Source of the DNA: Octopus vulgaris
Lineage: Eukaryota
NCBI GenBank assembly: GCA_951406725.2
Contig: OX597837.1
Coordinates: 47,182,001-47,246,000 of the forward strand
Direction: 5' to 3'
Length of the DNA: 64,000 nt
The position numbers were made by a program, and so were the translations under genes. Shown here one piece after another: positions 27,187 through 40,380 of the stretch. The notes below the pieces were generated by a model. It had not been told where the DNA came from. It worked only from the letters and a program-made list of their open reading frames with translations, and searched no databases. The number at the start of each line of letters is the position of its first letter. Position 1 is the stretch's first letter.

Positions 27187-27988
27187 CAGGGTGTGATAGG
27201 TAAACTGTTGCAACTTTATACTTTTAATTTCACGTATGTGTAGATTGTTTTTGATTTTGTTGACTACACAGTATAGTAGGGTCAGTTGGTCACCGTCTGT
27301 GAGAAAAACAGCACTATGATGCAATTCACTCTGCCAAAAATTTGGAAACGACATGCTGCACTGCTTGGCATTCATACCGTTAGCTCCATTATGAACAGAT
27401 GGTGAACACACAGAACAACCATTGGCTTGCTGTGTCCCCAAAACATATACCAAGAATGATAAAGATCAAACATCCAGTCAACATCATGGTGTTTGGAGTG
27501 ATCATCTTCCCACATGGCCTCAGACTCAACATGGAGGCCTACATCAAGTGCCTGGAGGAGGTAGTGCTGCAACAGGACTCTACATTATGTCACACAAGCA
27601 GGAGAACCCAGTCAGACAATTTCTGCGACCACATCACCCCTAACATCTGGCTACCTAACTCCCCAGACTACAAACCCCTTGATTATTATGTGTGGGGCAC
27701 AGTTGTGTAAGAGATCAACAGAATTCCTTGTAACACCAAAGATGAACTGAAGACAAGGATTATGGTGGAATTCACCAACTTAAACATGGAGACTGTCCAG
27801 AAGAGTTGCAGGAGATTCTGAAGTCGTCTGGAGGCTGTGGTTGAAGCCAATAGCAATTTCATTGAATAAATTTACTCTTTAGTATTTCAAGATAGTTTTA
27901 GGTAATTTTGGTAAATATATCTGTTTAATGAAATATCAGTGGTATTTTCATTCTTGCATAATTTAGACAATATATTCACCACACCCTG
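27187..27988 (+). mobile_element. DD37D/maT-like transposon deletion derivative
   Basis: TA-CAGGGTGTG...CACACCCTG-TA TIRs; MVFGVI, QQDS, WLPNSPDYKPLDYYVWG. Confidence 0.85.
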
Positions 27989-28508
27989 TATTTTTCTCTC
28001 CCTCTCTGTCTGGGAGACAGATATAGAGGGTCCTTAATTCTTCATCAGTTACCAACCTAAATGATAATACTCAGTTTCACACCATTAATGATAGGACTGA
28101 GAACTTCCCATATTGGTGGTGCCTGCAAAAGTTGCAGAGAATGTTGGGCCTCAAACAAACAAAACAGCACAGAGTGGACATACAAAAGTAAAAAAATGTA
28201 ATTTAAGACGATGGACAAAAGAGAAGAATGGTGATTAATGCTTGGAAGAAATCCTAAAGGATATGGAAATAGCAAGACAGATTTTCTTCTTTTTTGTTTG
28301 CAACCAAATAGCTGGGTGGCCAGTGTGAAAAAGAGAGAAAGAAGGAAAGCTGGCCACGGGTCACGTGTGAGCAGCAGGTAGGAGAAAGGGAGAGAGAGCG
28401 ACAGAGAAAATAAGGGAAGAAATGAGGGGGGAAGGCGAAAAGCTACAAATACAAGTGAGAGGGTGAGAGAGAGAAAAAAGGAGAGAGTGAAGGTAGAGTA
28501 CGATACAG

Positions 28509-28540
<32 letters not shown>

Positions 28541-28550
28541 ATATATATAT

Positions 28551-28830
28551 AATTGCAGCGTGGAAGGTCTTTGTAAGCCATTTAAGAAACACACAAAAGC
28601 TGTTCGATTCACTTCAACATTTAAGTGTAATTTGTCAAAAATATTTTCGTCGCTTTAAGACCGTAACCTGTCCACTGACAAAAATCCGTGCTGCATCTTT
28701 TGTCAGTGAACAGGTCGCGGGTCTTAAAGCGACGAAAATATCGTGACAAATTAAACTTAAATGTTGAAGTGAATCGAATGGCTTTTGTGTGTTTCTTAAA
28801 TGGCTTACAAACACCTCCAACGCTGCAATT
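28551..28830. repeat. ~280 bp near-perfect palindrome with variant hammerhead-like arms
   Basis: aattgcagcg...cgctgcaatt; centre ~28690. Confidence 0.9.
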
Positions 28831-28888
28831 GTTTTCGTTCCAGCACACGATCTCAGATCAAATCACTTGCTATGCAAGTACATCTCTG

Positions 28889-28889
<1 letters not shown>

Positions 28890-28922
<33 letters not shown>

Positions 28923-28935
28923 ATATGTATATATG

Positions 28936-28966
<31 letters not shown>

Positions 28967-29049
28967 GTGGATATGTATATATGTGTGTACATATATATAT
29001 ATATACATCATATATATTGCGCATTGTGACAGACATGTATATATGTGTG

Positions 29050-29091
<42 letters not shown>

Positions 29092-29155
29092 ATATGTATA
29101 TATATATATATAATATTACATATATATATATATACATCATCAAAGTATAATATAT

Positions 29156-29203
<48 letters not shown>

Positions 29204-29211
29204 AATATAAC

Positions 29212-29303
<92 letters not shown>

Positions 29304-29331
29304 ATTGTCTATCAAGACAGACGGGGATAAA

Positions 29332-29360
<29 letters not shown>
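28890..29360. repeat. (TA)n-rich low-complexity block
   Basis: Direct reading. Confidence 0.9.
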
Positions 29361-29362
<2 letters not shown>

Positions 29363-29948
29363 GCAATAATAAATCTCTGAACGAGGTATAGACAGTCACT
29401 GCAGGACAATGTGAGGTATACTCAGCCATCTCAATATGGCTAGCCATTAAGAGTGGGTGTTACTGTAGCTTTTAGCCCCAGGGGAACATTGTCTCCAGCT
29501 GGCTTTAGGCACATTCTCTGTGCCCTTATGGTATTTGCAAAGGGAGGTCATCCCTCCCTCGCAAACCTAAGTGATACGCACGGACTGCAGTATTGTTGTG
29601 CAGTTACTGTTTATACCTCGTTCAGAGATTCATTATTGCTTGCAGACAGTTTTTCGAGATCAGTCACGAAAAGTTACTGGAAAAAACCATATAAGGATTT
29701 GCATTGGGACCCCTTTCATCGAAAACCGGTGATTGTCGTACACTGAAGACAGGTCAATACCTAGAAACTGCAGTCCGTGCGTATCACTTAGGTTGATGAG
29801 GGAAGGATGACCTCCCTTTGCAAATACCATAAGGGCACAGAAAGTGTGCCTAAAGCCAGCTGGAAACAATGATCTCCTGGGGCTAAAAGCTACAGTAACA
29901 CCCACCCTTTGTGGTTAGCCATATTGAGATGGCTAGTATACCTCACAT
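29360..29948. mobile_element. Penelope-like inverted pLTR structure
   Basis: 29410-29591 is the reverse complement of 29767-29948; second IR pair 29360-29402/29599-29640; contains a hammerhead. Confidence 0.7.
29737..29781 (+). ncRNA. Minimal type I hammerhead ribozyme (Penelope-like)
   Basis: CGTACA-CTGAAGA-cAGGT caat ACCTa-GAAA-CTGCAG-TC-CGTGCG; canonical core, GUC site, palindromic stem III. Confidence 0.7.
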
Positions 29949-29949
29949 A

Positions 29950-30464
29950 TCTATATATATAAAACTGTAGTTGTGTGAGTGTCTGTCCCCTTCGATTTAG
30001 ATTCCTAACTACTCCCACATTTTGCGGTGGAGTTTAACCAAATTCGGGTATCTTATAGTCGTGATTCATATCGAGCCCGTCTGAGTATTAGCACGCGTCT
30101 ACGATGAGTCTACGATTTAAAAAATAATTTAACATCATTTTTTATTCCATTTTAATGCATAATTTTTCGTGTGCCGATGGCGGCGGAGTTGGCGTCCACG
30201 CTCAAACACCTGCACCTGTTTGCTTCTCCCCCTTCTTCCCTCCCTCGTGAAGCTGTGGGGAAGGGAGTGTAAGGAAATCAACGTCGTAATGCGTTGTCAA
30301 GGAGACCAGCGTTCTTTTAGAACAACGACTTCATGGCTTGAAGACACCAAAACAGAAATGGCTAAGAAAGCCCGAATTGGCATCTATAAGGGAAGTAACT
30401 CTCTAAAAATGCTTATATAGTTATTTCCCTTACAAACCCGAGCAACGCCGGGCGATACTGCTAG
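29950..30464 (+). mobile_element. Non-autonomous Helitron, complete
   Basis: A|TCTATATATATAAAA start; 3' hairpin cccgagcaacgccggg then CTAG|T; CpG-rich. Confidence 0.85.
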
Positions 30465-32367
30465 TATATATATATAGTTATAAATGGCGGAATAAGTCGT
30501 GTGTTAAGTTTATTTAACCAGGGCTTATTTGGCTGGTTTTAGTTGGCCTGAGGCTATAGAAAAAGCTACTTGTCCAAGGTGCCACACAGTGGGACTGAGC
30601 CTGGAACCATGTGGTTGGAAAGTAAGCTTCTTACCACACAACCACATGTGTTTATATCTATTTTTCTGTGTTTGGGTTTTCGTTCTACCTTTCTGCATTT
30701 ACATGTTTGTCTATATGCATACATGGGTGTATATGTGTTTAGGTATCCCTCTTCTCTCTATGTGTGTATGCATGCAAGTATGTATGCATGCATATGTTGT
30801 GTTTTTTTTTTTTATGCATTTGTATGTAGATCTGTATTCTGAGGAGTTTCATCTTCTGTTTCTAGCAAGTCCAATGGCCATGTAGACATCATTTTACCAT
30901 TGGCACCCACAGTCGCATAAGTAATGTCGTCTAGTTGTTCTTGTGTAATTCCTTGATTGCGGTGATTCAAAAAGTGAACTATTTCACAGCCATTGCAACA
31001 CATCATTAATAAGAGTTAAAAAATACATTAAAAAAAAAACCAAAACCAAAAGATTTAAGCATTTTTTTCCTTGGCTTAGAAACTTCAACGAAAGAAAATG
31101 TCATGTGAAAAGAAAAATTTAAATCAAAACAAAATTCAGTTGACTTTTGAAAAGAGTTAAATACCATTTAAAAGAAGATGCATCAACATTAAAGTATTAA
31201 AGTCTTGGTTCTATAGAAATTTGTGGGGAACGGCTTCAGATTAGAAAAGATTTTACAAAATGGTTGGTGGCCTTTAGAAAATGTGCAGAAAAACCCATAT
31301 AAATATCTAAACCACAGCAAAATAATAATACCCCCCTCTCCTTACACACAGACACAGCTAAAGCCAATGGTGGGAGCCAATGAGTGGTTACTTGAAATGC
31401 TAAATATTACTCAATTCACAGCCTACGGTGTTTTTAACAGTGACATTGGATAATGAAGTCCTAGATGGATTTTCTGGAAATAAGTAATGATGGTCATAGT
31501 TGGAATGGCTAATGAGTGCTGAACAATAACAGGAGCAAAAAAATAGTTTGTATAATTTTGCTGCAGGTGTAGTTGTGTGGTTGAGGTGCTTGCTTTACTA
31601 TCACATCGTTTCAAACAAAACGGTCACAGTACTTGTTTTTTAAGTCTGGTACTTATTCTATTGGTCTCTTTTACCAAACCACTAGGTTATAGGAACATAA
31701 ACAAACCAACACTGGCTGTCAAGTGGTGTGGGGGACAAACACAGATGCAATGACACACACACAAGAGAGAGGCAGGGTGAGAGAGAGAGAGAGACAAAGA
31801 CAAAAAGACAGAGAGATAGGGAGAGAGGGAGAGGTAATAAGATGGGAAGATCATGGTTGGAATGACTGATTAGACCTGACAAGAACAGCTAAATCATACT
31901 CCACTTTTTTTAAAAAAAAAAAAGAACATGTTGCAGAATGTAGTCCTGGGTACATTATGCCAAAGAAAAAATTGGATGGTTGTGGGTTTAACCTTTTAGT
32001 AATGGAATTACTTTGTCAAATGTACTGCGTATTCATTAACATTGTTTTGACAAGGTTCAATCCAAGAGTGAGAAGGAGTGCAGGGACCAAAATAACGGGG
32101 TTGCCAGATAAATACTTTTTTTGGGGGATTTAATTTAATTTTTTCCAATGTTATTTGAATTAATCTCCTATCTTTTAATTGTTTTAGTCATCAGACCATG
32201 CTGGAGCACTGCCTTGAAGAGTTTTTAGTCAAATGAATTAACACCAATGCTCTTCATGTTAAAAGCCTGGTACTTATTCTCTCAGTCTCTTTTACTGGAC
32301 TGCTAAGTCACAGGAACATAAACAAACCAATACCAGTTGCCAGGTGGCAGTGATGAACGAACACAAA

Positions 32368-32404
<37 letters not shown>

Positions 32405-32649
32405 CTAGTTTCATTCAGTTTCCATCAAGTGAATCTACTCACAAGGCTTTGGTTGGCCCAAGGCTTTAACAGAAGACACTTGCCCAAGTTTCCACTGCAT
32501 GCAGTGGGACTGAACCCGGAACCATGTGATTACAAAGCAAGCTTCTTACCACACAGCGATGCCTACGCCTTTGAAAAATATCTTTACCATAAAGTTTTAA
32601 ATTTATTTTGTAGCTCCATGTGGTCTCAGACTACTCGATTTCCCTTACA

Positions 32650-34442
32650 ACACTTTCAGCGGTGATAAGAAATACTTGCTCAAGATTCTATACCAGATCA
32701 AATCCAGGCAGTTCCTGTTGGGCTTCCCAAGAAGAAGAAACACAAGCCCTGGGTGACGAAGAAGGTTAAACGAGAACTTCGACTCAGAGATATTGCTTGG
32801 GCTGAATTCAAAAATCTGGATTCGACTGCAGCTTTTGAGGTGTACAAAACTCAACGAGACCGAGCCGTGAAAATCGAAAAGGAAGAACACTTCAGTTATG
32901 AATACAAAATCGTGGCAAATGCCAGTAGCAATCCAAAAACCTTCTTTGCCCATGTCCAATGGAATTCCTGCTTGAACAACCAGATTGCAACGTTGGTAGA
33001 CTCAACAGGCGTATCGATTGAGAACCCTTATCAACAGTCAATTATTTGCCGAGGCTTTTTCAACTATTTTCAAACAAGATGATGGTCGTGAACCCCCTCC
33101 ATTTGATAGATCGGTACCTCCAATGCTTCTATTGGTCATCACGCGGGACGAAGTCAAACGTGTTATTCAAGGCCTCGATGTCAACAAGGGTCACGGCCCT
33201 GACGGCATACACCCACGGGTTATCAAAGCGTTGGCTCCGGTCATCTGCGAGCCCTTAACACGTCTATTCAATATGTCATTGGCAATGGGTGTTATACCTG
33301 CGGACTGGAGAACAGCGATAATCTGCCCAATTTTCAAGAAAGGGAGCCGCGAAGACCCGCTTAACTACCGACCGGTTTCCCTTACATCAATAATCAGCAA
33401 GATGTTCGAAACCATCCTTAAGAAAAGTATGATGCTCCACCTCCAAAACAAAGCCTCTATCTCTGATTCCCAACACAGCTTCGTGCCGAAGAGATCATGC
33501 TTGACCAACTTACTGGTAATGGAAGAATTGGTGACGCGCATCCTCGATGATAGTGATGCTGTTGACATCGTTTTATTGGACTTTGCCAAAGCTTTTGACT
33601 CGGTAAACCACCGCCTATTACTTGTCAAGCTTCAAGCATATAGTTTCCATCCGGATATTGTACGATGGGTTGGTGCCTTCCTCTCAGATCGCTCCTTCCA
33701 AGTCCAAGTTAATGGTTCGCGGTCCGACGTCTCCAATGCGAGCAGTGGCGTGCCTCAAGGTTCAGTGCTTGGGCCCTTGTTGTTCTTAGTCTTCATAAAT
33801 GACTTGCCCGACGACCTCACGCAACACACCCTTCTATTTGCCGACGATGTCAAACTGGTCGCTCCTCGCGGTGACATAGAGGATCTTCATCGATGCCTCC
33901 ACCAAATTTGGAGATGGTCTAACGAATGGGACCTGTGTCTGAACGTGTCAAAGTGCTGTCATCTGCTTGTTGGCTCTCCTCCTGCAACTCAACTTGATTT
34001 CGAGCCGGGTCGTCTGCTGCTGGAGAGGACCGATCAGGTAAAGAACCTGGGTATCTTGGTGGATTCCTCCTTTTTGCCTTCGGCCCAGTGCGTCCATGCT
34101 GCCAACAAAGCACGCGGAATTCTGTTCTTGATTCGACGGTCATTCGGAATGCTCACAGCAGCCATATTCCTACCACTCTATGTCACGCTGGTGAGACCCA
34201 TATTGGAGTACGGGATTCAAGCCTCTTCTCCTTATCTCCTCAAAGACATACAACATCTCCGGGTTGTGGATCCGTGGAACAAGCTGCCAGACGAGATGGT
34301 GAAGATGCCGACGACCGCTTTGTTCAAAGCCTCCCTTGACCTCAAGTGGCCTGAACTCTTTACATGAACACCACCCTGTACTTAACTCCATGTCCCCCTA
34401 CATGGCCTTGCTATTTGCTTTTGAGCCAAATTAACTAACTAA
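32650..34442 (+). mobile_element. CR1-group LINE, 5'-truncated; RT ORF 33018-34367 with an upstream frameshifted part
   Basis: GPDGIHP, NYRPVSLTS, DFAKAFDSV, SGVPQGSVLGPLLF, LFADD, WNKLP; (TAAC)n-like tail. Confidence 0.93.
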
Positions 34443-34833
34443 AACTTCACAATTGCAAACAGATCCTCTGTCACAGCAGTATTAATCTGACAAAGTGTAC
34501 TCAGATCAGTTCAATAGGAACAGGCAACAGATTCCTGGGAATATTATATATGGTAGATTAGTGTTCTCTTTGGTCATAGAGGGACATGTCTTTCATCTAT
34601 TTCACACCGTATAAACCAAAGCTAAGAACCAACTCTCAGGACTCCTTCAGGATTAGTGGAAACATATCAAAATAGATTCGATTTAAAAATACTTTTTCTT
34701 TCTTACTTTATGTAATGATTTACTACACAACTTCCTCACAGCATGTCTGCATACATTAATCATATATAATAAAATGCATTGCTTTTGGATTTGGTTTGCA
34801 AGATTCTTTATATGAGTTCGTGTGTTGAAGCAT

Positions 34834-35049
34834 ATTCTGTTGTGTCTGGGGAGAGTCATTTTCTTTTTGTGCCTTATAATGTAACACACTCACCGGTAAA
34901 ATTTCCAAAGCTATTGAAAAGGTTGCAAGACTCAATGAAAATTTTAGGAAAATAAAAATAAGAAAAAAGTGGAAATTTTACCGGTGAGTGTGTTATAAGG
35001 CACATTATAAGGCACAAAAAGAAAATGACTCTCCCCAGACACAACAGAA
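34834..35049. repeat. Inverted repeat (~75 bp arms)
   Basis: ttctgttgtgtctggggagagtc...ccggtaaaatttcca and its reverse complement. Confidence 0.85.
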
Positions 35050-35124
35050 AATGCATTGCTTTTATTTCAATTGATTTTGAGAATTAGTAAGGATCCAGTA
35101 AAATAACTAGCTCTCTATTATTAA

Positions 35125-35344
35125 CCCTTCGTTACCAACCCGGCTGAAACAGGCCCTGGCTCTGTAGTACAAATGTCTTGTTTCCATAAGTTCTGAATTA
35201 AAATCTTTCTCCAAACCTTAGTCACAATTTATGTTCCTAACACCAGCTTAATGATAACTGAGTTATTTTACTAAATTCTTTGCTATATTTCAAGTAATTG
35301 AAAGAAACACAGAGCATCTCAAAATGAATACAGAAATGAAAGGG
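35125..35344. mobile_element. TTAA-flanked piggyBac-type MITE
   Basis: TTAA-CCCTTCGTTAC...GAAAGGG-TTAA; opposite-orientation copies at 38123-38344 and ~225-425. Confidence 0.75.
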
Positions 35345-36574
35345 TTAATCTGATGATTGAAACAAGCGGCCTTGTGTCTCAGAACAAAGGGAAAATCTCA
35401 GGTGGGTTGATATTGAAAAAAGTTTATCTCTAATATATCAGACATACTAACTAACCTCCCTTAATTCACAAAGGAAAAGGTATGAAATGTCCACAATACA
35501 TTTCTTTTAAAAGGTAATTTAATAAAAAAAACAAACCTAAAAAATAGACTAAACATTTTTAGCAAGAGAAGTTTGTGTTAGGATTCTTATCCTCAATAAA
35601 GTACAGAACATAAGTCCGAAGAACTTGAGTTCCAATCTATATGCTACCATTTAGTCATATATTTAGAAGTGTACCCTTAATTGTACATTAACTTAGTCCA
35701 TTTAGCTTCAAGGGAGTAAGGTATAAAATGAAGCATGGATGTTACCTGAGATAGACTAATGTTCTATAAAGAAAAAACTTCTCTTTCACCTGCTTCACAG
35801 TATAAAACCAAAGTTGAGGTGTGGCATTTAAAACTTTCCTCTCCCAGTGCTTTGCAGATATTTATACCAATTTCATTTTTGCTTTTTGTTGTTGCTTTTG
35901 TTTACAACATCATTGATAAGATATGTGAAAATCCTGTAAAAATATATGGTGAGAAAACCTGTCTTGTAAGAATTCATTATCTCTTTTACCACTGTGTTGC
36001 TAATACTCACAATTCATTTAAGCGCTTGAAAAGCAGCACAAGAGCAACCTAGCCCTGTTATGTAGTCTCTACCAAATATTAAAAAATAATGTTTTTTTTT
36101 AAAGGAAATCAAAAATGTGTTCAATATAACAGAATTTTCAAAACATCATGATAGAACAAGTCACCCGTTCTTTGGTAAAGACTCAAAGAGTACTTACTTT
36201 GAAAGACAATAAAATATAGTAAGCACCTAGGGAAAAATTGCAACAGTCTTCTGTAATTGTTTCCTCCACCAAGCTGAAGACGGTGATTTATGATTTGGTG
36301 TTCAGTGAGTGTATTAGCAAAAAGAAAAGAACAACTCAAAACTGTAAACTAAACTCCAGACACACCTTTTATCATTCTTATCTTATCTCTAAAATGCGTG
36401 ATTAACAATGAAAATTCATCTTTTAACCTACCCTTATTGCATAATTAAAAAAGACATAAATTTCCATTCTTTAACAGCATTTAAAGAGAAATGGTCAAAT
36501 AGAACTAAACCATGGCACAAATAACAACACAAACACAAACATGCAAACTAATCAAATATGCACTTCAATTTGTT

Positions 36575-36626
<52 letters not shown>

Positions 36627-37335
36627 CTGAAAGTGTTTTATTTTTTAAGTCCCAGAAACTTCAAGCATGTGGAGGCATAAACCAAAACGTAACTGAGTGA
36701 GGGCAGTGGAAGAAAACATTGGTAAATAAGATGTTTATGTGAGAAACCTAATCTCCAGGGTGGGGGACACAGAGATAGGACATTCTTAAAGACATTGGCC
36801 CAAAGTGGTATTGCTATGTGGTTAAGTAGTTCAGTCTTTGTGGTACCAGGTTCAATTCTACTGCACATTACCTTGGGCAAGTGTCTTCTACTGCAGCCTT
36901 AGGGTAATCAATGCACTGAGAGTGGAATTGGTTATGTAATTCTAGATGTATTGTCGGAAAGAAAAAGACATGATTGTCACAGCTGACCAAAACGGTCTTT
37001 TGAATATGGAAGTTGGCCTTTGTATATATAGCCTAATTAGAAGTTAAGGGGTGTGATGAGCAAAGTTGAAATCCTGACTCAACAGGTTCAGTCCACCTGG
37101 TGGGTTGGGTTCTACGGAGTTTCTAGTTACCCACTTTCGCTTTAAAAGACTTGAGCCAATGTAAGGTTATAGTAGAATACATTGACCGGATGTGAAATCC
37201 AACTCAGAACCACGGGATTGTGAAGTGACTAATTCTTGAACACACAACAAAACCTGTGCTGATGCAGGGGCCAAACAGCCAAGTGGACGAGGTTTTATCT
37301 TTAACACAAGCAAGCAAATTATATTCTATATAAAA

Positions 37336-37567
37336 AGACGGCGAGCTGGCAGAATCGTTAGCAAGTCGGGTAAAATGCTTACCGGTATTTCGTCTGCTGT
37401 TACGTTCTGAGTTCAAATTCCACTGAGGTTGACTTTGCCTTTCATCCTTTCGGGGTCGATAAATTAAGTACCAGTTACGCACTGGGGTAGATGTAATCGA
37501 CTTAATCCGTTTGTCTGTCCTGGTTTGTTCCCTCTGTGTTTAACCCCTTGTGGGTAGTAAAGAAATA
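37336..37567 (+). mobile_element. tRNA-SINE with Nin/Deu-like central domain
   Basis: ggcgagctggcagaatcgttag...gagttcaaattcc...gcctttcatcctttcggggtcgataaattaagtaccag; other copies at ~16680, 41230, 43305, 54000. Confidence 0.82.
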
Positions 37568-37882
37568 TATATTCTTTTGATGTTGAACAGATTCTTTTAT
37601 GGCCGACTCCCACCTGTTTTTAAGCAAGGTAATAACCTTGTAATGTATCTACGAATAAACAGGCTGGAGATAGCAATGCAGAGAAATGGAAAAAAGACAA
37701 CACTGTTTGAATAAGCCTTTGGTTATATGTTGAGGAACATCAAGAAAACCAGGCGTATTTTTGCTTGCAGACTGCAATCGAATGCCTGAACAGAGAGGTT
37801 AGTGTTTATAACCAGCAAACACATGAGAGGACAAAAGGAAATACAAATTCACACATGCATGCACACACAGATGTATATATAC

Positions 37883-37937
<55 letters not shown>

Positions 37938-38122
37938 TGTGTATACACACTCACACAAAAACAAGAAATTAACTTAACCGCATAGCCATACTTGTGCCTA
38001 TATATGTATATACATATGCATGTGTAGTTGTAACAAAAGTTTAACCTCCTATTTGAAACTTTTAAGTCATATTTCAAGTTGCTCTGGTTTTTAGAAAACA
38101 ATTGTTCAGTAAACTGTGTTAA

Positions 38123-38344
38123 CCCTTTCGTTACCGTGTTTATTTTGAGATGCTCTGTGTTTCTTTCAATTAATTTTAAATATAACAAAGAATTTAGTAA
38201 AATAACTTGGTTATCATTTAACTAGTGTTAGGAACATAAATTGTGACTAAGGTTTGGCGGAAGATTTTAATTCAAAACTTATGAAAACAAAACATTTGTA
38301 CTAAAGAGCCAGAGCCAGTTTCAGCCAGGTTGGTAATGAAAGGG
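38123..38344. mobile_element. TTAA-flanked piggyBac-type MITE
   Basis: TTAA-CCCTTTCGTTAC...GTAATGAAAGGG-TTAA. Confidence 0.78.
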
Positions 38345-39151
38345 TTAAAAGATTACATCAAAGTAACCACAAATTACATTATTTGCCTATTTTATTATGG
38401 ACTATTTAAAAAATAGTTTTATGCTCTTGATATTTTGATTGTTTTTCACAGGGAGATTATGTGTACAAGCCTGTGTTTATTGCATTTTTAAGGAGATTAA
38501 CTTGAAAGTGCAAAAAATCTGTGAAGGGTAAGTTTCAAAATGTATTTTAAATTTTCCTATGTATTTTTATCTTTTACTTCTTTCAGTCATTGCACAGGGG
38601 CCCCATGCTGGGACACTTGAAGGGTTTTGGTAGAAAAGCTTGACCTCAGGACATATTTTGGGAAGCAAGAATCTTACCACACAGCCACACCTGCACTTAT
38701 CTTAAAAAAGAGTGGACACATTGGATATAGTCCAAGATTCACCATGTCAGGGGGTGGGGGGGAATAAAAAGGAATGTAGAGATGGTCACAGTTGGAATGC
38801 CTTTGAGACTTGGTCTGCCTTTCATCGTTCAGGATACAGCTGCCACCAAACAACAGCAATAAACAGCCATATTTTATTTTTCTTAAGTTAAACCCCTAAA
38901 TTCTTAACAAAGGGCTCATTGGATAGTGTACTCCAAGGAATACTATACTCAGAGAAAAAAAAAAGGGGGAATCATTATGGCTGGACAACATTTGATCCTT
39001 TAAAGTTTCACCCAATTTAATAAGTTTACTCTGCAACTATCTTGAGCAAGTGTCTTCTACTCTCGCTCCGGGCGCCAACAACTGCCTTGCGAGTGAATGA
39101 ATTCGGTAGATAAAAACTGGGCGGAAACCCAAACATACATACGCACACATG

Positions 39152-40380
39152 CACACACATGACAGAACTAAACAGAAACCCCATAAAACCTCGTTTTATG
39201 TTTATTCTAATTTGTAAAGGTTTATATTTTTTATTAATTGACATTTTTATGTTTCAGGTTCTATATGTGACTGTTTAATCATGCCATGTACAAAAGAAGC
39301 CTTAGAACTATCCAAATTTCAAAGAGGACATATTGTGGGTCAATCTGAAGGTGGACTTAGAGTAAAACTACAGAAAACCTTGAGATCCTGCTTTCTACAG
39401 TTAATATAGTGATTATGCAATTCACCAGATAGGGGAAGGAGTCCACATCACCTTGTCCAGGTCAACTGACAAGACCCTTCACTTTGTTAAGAGAAGTCTG
39501 GAGGATAATCCTCATTGCAAGGCCTCTGATATAGCAGAACAAGTTGATGTCAGTCCCAGAACAGCTGTCAGGTATCCTCACAAACTTGGTTAGTATGGCA
39601 GAGCAGCAAGAAGGAAGCCACTTCTTTGACCAGTCAACATCAAGCGGAGAAAAGATTGGGTCAGTGAGATGATGGAGAGGCCACTAGCATTTTGGGACAT
39701 TGCCGTATTCTCCAATGAGTCCAAATTTGCTGTATTTCCTGACAGCAGTTGAGTGTGGGTCTGGAGATTCTGTGATCAAGAATTTGATGTGAAAAGATTG
39801 CAGCCAAAATTGAAGCAAGGCAGCTATTCTGTGATGGTCTGGGGAGCAATTTGGAGCAATGATTGATTAGAGCAGGTGGAGTGTGAGGGAAATATAAACT
39901 CAGATAAAATGTGTCCATATTGCAGAAAGGACTACTTTCAATCTTCTCCAGTGGTGAAATGGTTAAAGAAGACTCTTTATGGAAGATGGGGTTCTTTGTC
40001 ACATGGCCAAAATGACCTAAGATTTGTTGGATGAGAATGGCATTAAAAAGCTTCCATGGCCAAGGCAGTCACCAGATATGGGCCCTATTGAAGAACCTCT
40101 GGGACATAATGGATAGGGCACTTCAGGAAAAAACAAGAAAGCATCTTCAAAGTCAGATCTTTTGAGATTACTGCATGAAACTTGGCAAGAAATTCCGCAA
40201 AAGAATATTTGTCATCTGATCAGTAACATGCCTATTAGGGTCTTTGCAATGAAGAATGCAAAGGGCTTGTCTACTAAATATCAAATATTCCCATTATAAC
40301 AATTAATAAATAATTTGAATGTATGATTTCAGATTTAAATAAATCTAAGTAAATGTCTATTTATTTCTGTCATGTTTGTG
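39152..40380 (+). mobile_element. Tc1-family transposon, decayed, full length
   Basis: TIRs cacatgacagaa/ttctgtcatgtttgtg; [38 protein letters not shown]. Confidence 0.88.

Noticed and set aside
28789-29447. Many ORFs rich in YI/CV/HT/RE/poly-V (also at 9012, 18440, 23684, 42536, 57672)
   Set aside because: Translations of microsatellites
29453-29905. Two convergent near-identical ORFs (MGVTVAFSPR...)
   Set aside because: Artefact of the inverted repeat; no domain recognised
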